Positions 7,673 through 14,266 of a stretch of 14,266 nucleotides of DNA are shown here, piece by piece (within the stretch, counting starts at the first letter, position 1; every line of letters starts with the position of its first letter). The notes beneath the pieces are model-generated. The model was given only the letters and a program-made list of their open reading frames with translations. It did no database searches and had not been told where the DNA came from. The position numbers and the translations under genes are program-made. Source of the DNA: a virus (taxonomy: Duplodnaviria > Heunggongvirae > Uroviricota > Caudoviricetes); IMG/VR virus record IMGVR_UViG_2703718840_000012. One strand, 5' to 3'.

Positions 7673-7676
7673 TTAC

Positions 7677-8696
7677 TTATAAGTTATAATCAAGGAATTT
7701 TATGACTTCCATATCTAACCATTCATTTATTGACTTTATTCTCTCCTGTAATGGAATGAGTTCATTGCGGACAAAGACCTTTGCCACTTTTTCAATATCT
7801 CCTAGTGACCCGACATTCTCCGGCTTACCGCCCATCAACTGAAAGGGGATGCGGTGTGCGTCCAGGAGATCTGCGGCGCTGACTTTTTTGATATTAAAAA
7901 AATCGTCCTTCGTCGCCACTTCACTGAGGGGGATAATTTTAATGCCGTCGGCTTTCCCCTGTGGGGCATAGAGAAACAGGTTTTTAAAGTTGTTGCGGCC
8001 TTTTGACTTAACCATGTTTTCGCGAAGCATTTCGATATCGTTGCGGTCCTGCACGGCATCGGTGACGTACATGATGTATCCGGCATGAGCGCCGTTTTCG
8101 TAATACTTGCGGCGGAACAGCGTGGCCGACTCATTCAGCCAGGCAGAGTTAAGGGCGCTGAGATATTCCGGCAGGCCGTACAGCTCCTGATTAATATCAG
8201 GCTCCAGCAGGTGAAACACGGAGCCGGGCGCGAAGGCTGTCGGCTCGTTGAAGGACGGCACCCACCAGTAAACATCCTCCTCCACGCCACGACGGGTATA
8301 TTTGGCCGGTGAGGTTTCCAGTCTGATGACCTTACCGGTGGTGCTGTAACGCTTTTCCAGAAACGCATTACCGAACACCAGAAAATCCAGCACAAAGCGG
8401 CTGAAATCCTGCTGGGACAGCCACGGGTGCGGGATAAACGTTGAAGCCAGAATATTGCGTTTAACGTAAATCGGTGAGCTGTGATGCACGGCAGCACGCA
8501 GGCTTTTTGCCAGACCGGTAAAGCTGACCGGTGGCTCATACCATCTGCCGTTACTGATGCACTCGACGTAATCCAGAATATCACGGCGGTCGAGTACCGG
8601 CACCGGCTCACCAAAGGTGAATGCCTCCATTTTCGGGGCGCTGGCAGTCATTGTTTTCACCGCTGGCTGCGGTGTTTTCCCTTTTTTCTTACTCAT
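7677..8696 (-). CDS. Q: P2-type capsid portal protein gpQ
   Basis: 339-aa ORF (P2 gpQ is similar in size), GGAG RBS 9 nt upstream, ATG overlapping the stop of the upstream terminase ORF (ATGA at 8693-8696), cos-proximal and on the leftward strand as in P2. Confidence 0.88.
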   Translation of the reverse strand: MSKKKGKTPQPAVKTMTASAPKMEAFTFGEPVPVLDRRDILDYVECISNGRWYEPPVSFTGLAKSLRAAVHHSSPIYVKRNILASTFIPHPWLSQQDFSRFVLDFLVFGNAFLEKRYSTTGKVIRLETSPAKYTRRGVEEDVYWWVPSFNEPTAFAPGSVFHLLEPDINQELYGLPEYLSALNSAWLNESATLFRRKYYENGAHAGYIMYVTDAVQDRNDIEMLRENMVKSKGRNNFKNLFLYAPQGKADGIKIIPLSEVATKDDFFNIKKVSAADLLDAHRIPFQLMGGKPENVGSLGDIEKVAKVFVRNELIPLQERIKSINEWLDMEVIKFLDYNL

Positions 8697-9607
8697 CAGT
8701 AAAACTCCAGAATGGTGGATGTCAGCGGGGTGCTGATACCGGCGGTGAGTGGCTCATTTAACAGGGCGTGCATGGTCGCCCAGGCGAGATCGGCGTGGCT
8801 GGCTTCCTCGCTGCGGCTGGCCTCATAGGTGGCGCTGCGTCCGCTGCTGGTCATGGTCTTGCGGATAGCCATAAACGAGCTGGTGATGTCGGTGGCGCTG
8901 ACGTCATATTCCAGACAGCCACGGCGGATAACGTCTTTTGCCTTGAGCACCATTGCGGTTTTCATTTCCGGCGTGTAGCGGATATCGCGCGCGGCGGGAT
9001 AGAACGAGCGCACGAGCTGGAACACGCCGACACCGAGGCCGGTGGCATCAATCCCGATGTATTCAACGTTATATTTTTCGGTGAGTTTGCGGATGGATTC
9101 CGCCTGGGTGGCAAAGTCCATGCCTTTCCACTGGTGACGCTCAAGTATTCTGAATTTGCCACCGGCCACCACCGGCGGTGCCAGTACCACGCATCCGGCG
9201 CTGTCGCCACGGTGTGACGGGTCGTAACCAATCCATACCGGGCGGGAGCCGAACGGATTTGCGGCAAACGGCGCATAGTCTTCCCATTCTTCCAGCGTGT
9301 CGACCATGCAACGTTGCAGCTCCTCGAACGGGAACACCGACGCCTTGTCGTCAACAAATTCACACATGAACAGGTTTTTAAAATCGTCGGCGCTGTTTTC
9401 ACGTTTGAGCTGCTCAATGTCGAACAGTGTGCAGCCACCTTTCAGGGCGTCCTCAATGGTGACAATCTGCCGCCACTGGCCGTCCGCACAGAGAAGCCCA
9501 CCGGCAAGGGCGTTATGACTGACGTCGATTTCCACGCGTTCGGCGGCGCTGGCGCGTCCCCGGTTGAACAGTTCACCCGACCAGAACGGGTACCCTGGAT
9601 AATCCGG
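8696..9607 (-). pseudogene. P: terminase ATPase/nuclease subunit gpP, C-terminal ~300 aa only (5' half deleted)
   Basis: Reading frame is continuous with the Q overlap and is open upstream of the GTG at 9535 back to a TAA at 9608-9610, with no plausible start or N-terminal ATPase region. About 300 aa are present against the ~590 expected for gpP. Confidence 0.8.
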
Positions 9608-9846
9608 TTAAACGTGGTGAACAGGTTATCGAACAGGTCACGCTGATGAAACCCAATGCCGGGACGCTGCGCGGTGTCAGTCTGGCTGCGGTCGCAAACT
9701 CCGAAGTCGATGCACTGATTAAAGTGCTGCCGCGCATGACGGCACCGATGCTGACCGAGCAGGAGGTCGCCGCGCTGGAACTGCCTGACCTTGTGGCGCT
9801 GGCCGGTAAGGTGGTCGGTTTTTTGTCGCCGAACTCGGTGCAGTGA
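9568..9846 (+). pseudogene. E: tail assembly chaperone gpE, 5'-truncated at the deletion junction (first ATG at 9646)
   Basis: Frame open from 9568. Ends ...GKVVGFLSPNSVQ with the heptamer T TTT TTG (9819-9825) in the correct phase for the -1 shift that makes E+E' in P2-like phages. Abuts the P fragment on the opposite strand. Confidence 0.6.
9819..9825 (+). other. programmed -1 ribosomal frameshift slippery heptamer (T_TTT_TTG) of the E/E' pair
   Basis: X_XXY_YYZ pattern in phase with the E frame (codons GGT TTT TTG); the -1 frame stays open for ~55 codons to a TGA at 9990-9992. Confidence 0.55.
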
Positions 9847-9898
9847 CGTTTCCGAAAAATCTCTCGGTCGATGACCTGATGGCGGATGTGGCAGTGAT

Positions 9899-10675
9899 AT
9901 TTCACTGGCCGCCATCACCGGCATCAATGCCATCATCGCGGCAGCAGGCGCAATGGGGGCAATCTTCACGACGGTTGGCAGTGCTGTTATGACCGCCATC
10001 GGAGCGATTAGCTGGCCGGTTGTGGCCGTGGTGGCCGCCATTGTCGCCGGGGCGTTGCTTATCCGTAAATACTGGGAGCCTGTCAGCGCATTCTTTGGCG
10101 GTGTGGTGGAAGGGCTGAAAGCGGCATTTGCGCCGGTGGGGGAACTGTTCACGCCACTTAAGCCGGTGTTTGACTGGCTGGGCGAAAAGTTACAGGCCGC
10201 GTGGCAGTGGTTTAAAAACCTGATTGCCCCGGTTAAAGCCACCCAGGACACCCTGAACCGTTGCCGTGACACGGGCGTCATGTTCGGGCAGGCACTGGCT
10301 GACGCGTTGATGCTGCCGCTTAATGCGTTCAACAAACTGCGCAGTGGTATTGACTGGGTACTGGAAAAACTCGGTGTTATCAACAAAGAGTCAGACACAC
10401 TTGACCAGACCGCCGCCAGAACTCATGCCGCCACGTATGGCACCGGTGGTTATATTCCGGCGACCAGCTCTTATGCAGGCTATCAGGCTTATCAGCCGGT
10501 TACGGCACCGGCTGGCCGCTCTTATGTGGACCAGAGTAAAAACGAATATCACATCAGTCTGACGGGCGGTACTGCGCCGGGGACTCAGCTCGACCGCCAG
10601 TTACAGGATGCGCTCGAAAAATATGAGCGGGATAAACGTGCGCGCGCCCGTGCCAGCATGATGCATGACGGTTAA
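9899..10675 (+). pseudogene. T: tail tape measure protein gpT, C-terminal ~240-260 aa only
   Basis: Frame open from 9899, first ATG at 9953, stop at 10673-10675 directly before the U RBS. Hydrophobic segment plus a C-terminal ...ERDKRARARASMMHDG tail typical of P2-like tape measures; far shorter than the ~800 aa expected. Confidence 0.75.
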
Positions 10676-10689
10676 GGAGGTGACGAAAA

Positions 10690-11169
10690 ATGATGCTCGC
10701 GTTAGGTATGTTTGTTTTTATGCGCCAGACGCTGCCACACCAGACCATGCAGCGTGAATCAGATTATCGCTGGCCGTCAAATTCCCGTATCGGTAAACGG
10801 GATGCCTTTCAGTTTCTCGGTGTGGGTGAGGAAAACATTACGCTTGCCGGCGTGCTTTATCCCGAACTGACCGGCGGCAAGCTGACGATGACCACGCTCA
10901 GACTGATGGCAGAGGAAGGCCGGGCGTGGCCGTTGCTGGATGGCACCGGCATGATTTACGGCATGTATGTCATCAGCAGGGTGAATGAAACAGGGAGTAT
11001 TTTCTTTGCAGACGGCACACCCCGGAAAATTGATTTTACGCTGTCGCTCACCCGCGTTGATGAATCACTGGCCGCGCTTTATGGCGATATCGGTAAACAG
11101 GCGGAATCGCTCATCGGTAAGGCTGGCAGTATGGCGACTAAATTCACGGGTATGACGGGGGCGGGATAA
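10690..11169 (+). CDS. U: P2-type tail protein gpU
   Basis: 159-aa ORF beginning MMLALGMFVFMRQTLPHQ..., AAGGAGG RBS at 10673-10679; stop overlaps the D start by one base (TAATG). Confidence 0.9.
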   Translation: MMLALGMFVFMRQTLPHQTMQRESDYRWPSNSRIGKRDAFQFLGVGEENITLAGVLYPELTGGKLTMTTLRLMAEEGRAWPLLDGTGMIYGMYVISRVNETGSIFFADGTPRKIDFTLSLTRVDESLAALYGDIGKQAESLIGKAGSMATKFTGMTGAG

Positions 11170-12332
11170 TGCTGGATGCGCTGACATTTGATGCAGGCAG
11201 TACGCTGACGCCGGATTACATGCTGATGCTCGACAGCAGGGATATTACCGGCAATATCAGCGACCGTCTGATGAGCATGACCCTGACGGATAACCGGGGC
11301 TTTGAGGCTGACCAGCTTGATATTGAACTGAACGATGCCGACGGGCAGGTCGGGCTGCCGGTTCGTGGCGCTGTCCTGACGGTGTATATCGGCTGGAAAG
11401 GTTTTGCCCTGGTATGCAAAGGGAAATTCACCGTTGATGAGGTTGAACACCGGGGCGCGCCGGATGTGGTTACCATCCGCGCCCGGAGTGCAGATTTTCG
11501 CGGGACGCTCAATTCCCGCCGTGAAGGCTCATGGCATGACACCACGCTCGGTGCGATTGTTGAGGCGATAGCCTCCCGTAACAAGCTGGAAGCCAGTGTC
11601 GCGCCGTCACTGGACGGAATTAAAATCCCGCACATCGACCAGTCGCAGGAGTCTGATGCGAAATTCCTGACCCGCCTTGCTGAACGCAACGGCGGTGAGG
11701 TGTCGGTAAAAATGGGAAAACTGTTGTTTCTCAAAGCGGGGCAGGGGGTGACTGCCAGCGGTAAAAAAATCCCGCAGATTACCATCACCCGCAGCGACGG
11801 TGACCGTCATCATTTTGCGATTGCTGACCGTGGAGCTTACACCGGCGTAACGGCAAAGTGGTTACACACCAAAGACCCGAAGCCGCAAAAGCAGAAGGTA
11901 AAACTGAAACGCAAAAAGAAAGAAAAACACCTGCGCGCACTGGAGCACCCGAAAGCGAAACCGGTCACGCAGAAGAAAGCGCCAAAAGTACCGGAAGCGC
12001 GCGAAGGTGAATACATGGCCGGTGAAGCTGACAACGTTTTTGCCCTGACCACGGTATATGCCACAAAAGCGCAGGCTATGCGCGCCGCTCAGGCGAAGTG
12101 GGACAAACTGCAACGGGGCGTTGCGGAGTTCTCCATCAGCCTGGCTACCGGTCGGGCAGATATTTACACGGAAACACCGGTCAAAGTGTCAGGCTTTAAG
12201 CGCGTCATAGACGAGCAGGACTGGACAATCACTAAGGTGACACATTTTCTGAATAATAGCGGCTTCACGACGTCCTTGGAGCTTGAGGTCAGGCTTTCTG
12301 ATGTGGAGTACGAAACAGAAGATGATGAGTGA
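11169..12332 (+). CDS. D: P2-type tail protein gpD
   Basis: 387-aa ORF in the U-D-ogr order with a lysine-rich KPQKQKVKLKRKKKEK segment; recognised as the gpD family (yegZ in E. coli K-12 is a fragment of this gene). Confidence 0.9.
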   Translation: MLDALTFDAGSTLTPDYMLMLDSRDITGNISDRLMSMTLTDNRGFEADQLDIELNDADGQVGLPVRGAVLTVYIGWKGFALVCKGKFTVDEVEHRGAPDVVTIRARSADFRGTLNSRREGSWHDTTLGAIVEAIASRNKLEASVAPSLDGIKIPHIDQSQESDAKFLTRLAERNGGEVSVKMGKLLFLKAGQGVTASGKKIPQITITRSDGDRHHFAIADRGAYTGVTAKWLHTKDPKPQKQKVKLKRKKKEKHLRALEHPKAKPVTQKKAPKVPEAREGEYMAGEADNVFALTTVYATKAQAMRAAQAKWDKLQRGVAEFSISLATGRADIYTETPVKVSGFKRVIDEQDWTITKVTHFLNNSGFTTSLELEVRLSDVEYETEDDE

Positions 12333-12350
12333 TGTTTTTATTTTATCTGT

Positions 12351-12379
12351 TTGTTTTATAAGGATAAATTAACTAAAAT
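12351..12379 (+). promoter_or_regulatory. candidate ogr promoter (TTGTTT-17 nt-TAAAAT)
   Basis: -35 ttgttt 12351-12356, 17-nt spacer, -10 taaaat 12374-12379, about 35 nt upstream of the ogr ATG, in an AT-rich gap after D. Confidence 0.3.
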
Positions 12380-12413
12380 GGCACCATCAACAAAATCGGA
12401 AGAGGTGCTCGCG

Positions 12414-12632
12414 ATGTTTCATTGTCCTTTATGCCAGCATGCCGCACATGCGCGTACAAGCCGCTATATCACTGACACGACAAAAGAGCGTTATCACCAG
12501 TGTCAGAACGTGAATTGCAGCGCCACGTTTATCACTTATGAGTCGGTACAGCGATACATCGTGAAGCCGGGAGAAGTCCACGCCGTAAGACCGCACCCGT
12601 TGCCGTCAGGGCAGCAAATTATGTGGATGTAA
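12414..12632 (+). CDS. ogr: Ogr late-gene transcription activator (C4 zinc finger)
   Basis: 72-aa product MFHCPLCQHAAHARTSRYITDTTKERYHQCQNVNCSATF... with CxxC-N22-CxxxxC cysteines, recognised as P2 Ogr (ogrK in K-12). ORF-track start 12351 is a TTG; the ATG at 12414 has a GGAAGAGGTG RBS. Confidence 0.9.
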   Translation: MFHCPLCQHAAHARTSRYITDTTKERYHQCQNVNCSATFITYESVQRYIVKPGEVHAVRPHPLPSGQQIMWM

Positions 12633-12644
12633 TTACAAACAGGA

Positions 12645-12670
12645 AGCCCCTCAGTCGAGGGGCTTTTTTG
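12645..12670 (+). terminator. rho-independent terminator downstream of ogr
   Basis: Perfect 9-bp stem aagcccctc / gaggggctt with 5-nt loop agtcg, followed by TTTTTT (12665-12670). Confidence 0.75.
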
Positions 12671-12733
12671 TCGATGTGGTCAATGTGTGGACGTGACCAG
12701 AAATAAATCCTTTTATTTCATTGTATTACGCGT

Positions 12734-12760
12734 AAAAAATAAGCCCGTGTAAGGGAGATT
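12734..12760. other. P2 attachment-site core (attR), 27 bp AAAAAATAAGCCCGTGTAAGGGAGATT
   Basis: Exact 27-nt string at 12734-12760, about 100 nt after ogr and 145 nt before host yegQ, matching the P2 att core as I recall it. The phage-host junction is therefore here. Confidence 0.65.
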
Positions 12761-12904
12761 ACACAGGCTAAGGAGGTGGTTCCTGGTACAGCTAGCATTT
12801 TATGGGTTATGTTTTTCAGCGAAACGGATGATAACCTTAATAAATGCAGCTGTATGTGATCGGTTTCTAAGAATTTTCCATCCGGGAAAAATAATCGAAA
12901 TTAA

Positions 12905-14266
12905 TCACTTACCGTGTGGGTTACGCGTGGTTTCCCCGGAGAAATTACGCATCAGCAGAGCGTAATTGAGCTCAAGATCCTGCGGGACCGGGAGCCACAC
13001 AGTATAACCATCGCCTGGTGCGACCGGCATCGCTTCACCTATGGCGTTTTCCATGTGCTCAAGGGTAAAGTTAATGTTGCCTTGCGGCGTCATCAGCTCA
13101 AGGCTGTCGCCAACGGAGAATTTATTTTTCACCGCTACCGCCGCGAGGTCCCCCTTGCGCTCACCGGTAAACTCACCAACAAACTGCTGGCGGTCAGAAA
13201 CTGAATAACCGTATTCGTAGTTCTGATAATCGTCGTGAGTATGACGACGCAGGAAACCTTCGGTATAGCCACGATGCGCCAGACCTTCCAGAGTTTCCAG
13301 CAGGCTGGTATCGAACGGTTTGCCCGCAGCGGCGTCATCGATAGCTTTACGGTAAACCTGTGCGGTGCGTGCGCAATAGTAGAAAGATTTAGTACGGCCT
13401 TCGATTTTCAGCGAATGCACGCCCATTTTGGTCAGGCGTTCTACATGGGCGATGGCGCGCAGATCTTTCGAGTTCATGATGTAAGTGCCGTGCTCATCTT
13501 CAAACGCGGTCATATACTCGCCCGGACGCTGGGCTTCTTCGATCATAAACACTTTGTCGGTTGGCGCGCCGATACCCAGCGTCGGCTCAACATTTTGCAC
13601 CGGAATCGGCTCGTACTTGTGTACGATGTTGCCAACGTCATCTTCTTTCCCTTCCTGGACGTTGTACTCCCAGCGGCAGGCGTTGGTGCAGGTACCCTGG
13701 TTCGGATCGCGCTTGTTGATATAGCCAGAGAGCAGGCAGCGACCGGAGTAGGCCATGCACAGTGCGCCGTGAACGAAGATCTCGATCTCCATATCCGGCA
13801 CCTGATTGCGGATCTCTTCAATCTCTTCCAGCGACAGCTCGCGAGAGAGGATCACGCGGGTCAGGCCCATTTGCTGCCAGAATTTCACCGTCGCCCAGTT
13901 TACGGCGTTAGCCTGCACCGAGAGGTGGATCGGCATTTCAGGGAAGTGCTCACGCACCAGCATAATCAGCCCTGGATCGGACATAATCAGCGCATCCGGC
14001 CCCATTTCCACCACCGGTTTCAGGTCACGGATAAAGGTTTTCAGCTTGGCGTTGTGCGGTGCAATGTTGACCACGACATAAAACTTTTTCCCCAGCGCGT
14101 GGGCTTCATTGATGCCGAGCTGAAGATTTTCGTGGTTGAATTCGTTGTTGCGCACACGCAGGGAGTAACGCGGCTGGCCCGCATAAACAGCATCTGCGCC
14201 ATAAGCGAAAGCGTAACGCATATTTTTCAGCGTTCCCGCCGGGGAAAGGAGTTCCGGTTTAAACAT
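12905..14266 (-). CDS. yegQ: host peptidase U32-family protein YegQ (TrhP, tRNA hydroxylation)
   Basis: 453-aa ORF MFKPELLSPAGTLKNMRYAFAYGADAVYAG... recognised as E. coli YegQ. The ATG is the last triplet of the window (14264-14266 on the minus strand), so the CDS is complete but its promoter is outside. Confidence 0.92.
   Translation of the reverse strand: MFKPELLSPAGTLKNMRYAFAYGADAVYAGQPRYSLRVRNNEFNHENLQLGINEAHALGKKFYVVVNIAPHNAKLKTFIRDLKPVVEMGPDALIMSDPGLIMLVREHFPEMPIHLSVQANAVNWATVKFWQQMGLTRVILSRELSLEEIEEIRNQVPDMEIEIFVHGALCMAYSGRCLLSGYINKRDPNQGTCTNACRWEYNVQEGKEDDVGNIVHKYEPIPVQNVEPTLGIGAPTDKVFMIEEAQRPGEYMTAFEDEHGTYIMNSKDLRAIAHVERLTKMGVHSLKIEGRTKSFYYCARTAQVYRKAIDDAAAGKPFDTSLLETLEGLAHRGYTEGFLRRHTHDDYQNYEYGYSVSDRQQFVGEFTGERKGDLAAVAVKNKFSVGDSLELMTPQGNINFTLEHMENAIGEAMPVAPGDGYTVWLPVPQDLELNYALLMRNFSGETTRNPHGK

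Larger units (their letters stand above)
1..12760. mobile_element. P2-family prophage, right-hand portion, internally deleted (cryptic); left boundary lies beyond the window start
   Basis: Gene order early ORFs-A-[variable region]-cos-Q-P ... E-T-U-D-ogr-att core matches a P2 lysogen layout; att core at 12734-12760 is followed directly by host yegQ. P/E/T are fragments and the whole O-to-FII block is missing. Confidence 0.85.

Noticed and set aside
9442-10398. 318-aa minus-strand ORF and other long antisense ORFs in the GC-rich phage block (8135..8614, 8962..9438, 9573..9905, 11216..11788)
   Set aside because: They lie antisense to or out of frame with recognisable phage genes (P, T, D), have Ala/Arg/Ser-rich low-complexity translations typical of GC-rich non-coding frames, and lack RBSs.
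1-14266. CRISPR array, tRNA/rRNA genes or an insertion sequence
   Set aside because: No periodic repeat-spacer pattern, no tRNA-like cloverleaf near the att core (this att site is not in a tRNA), and no transposase-like ORF or terminal inverted repeats were seen.

Overview
The window holds the right-hand ~12.7 kb of a degraded P2-family prophage inserted beside the host gene yegQ (trhP), plus yegQ itself. Calls rest on reading the translated ORFs and on recalled P2 sequence; no searches were run. Left to right: the tail of an early ORF, three small early-operon ORFs (one a TraR/DksA-type C4 zinc finger), and the replication initiator gpA. Then comes an AT-rich cargo island that straddles the phage cos site. 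It carries a minus-strand Abi/UG-like reverse transcriptase in the slot P2 uses for old, the 19-nt P2 cohesive-end sequence, and a plus-strand retron-type reverse transcriptase translationally coupled to a two-transmembrane protein. A structured leader with nested inverted repeats precedes the second RT and may encode a retron-style ncRNA. After the island: portal gpQ, a C-terminal-only terminase gpP fragment joined by deletion to fragments of tail genes E and T, intact tail genes U and D, ogr, a strong terminator, the 27-bp P2 att core and yegQ. All capsid, lysis, sheath/tube, baseplate and fibre genes are absent, so the prophage cannot make virions on its own, yet it keeps an intact reverse-transcriptase cargo in its variable region. 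That cargo is the most interesting part of the window and is a candidate anti-phage defence island; whether either module is already a described family cannot be decided without homology searches.
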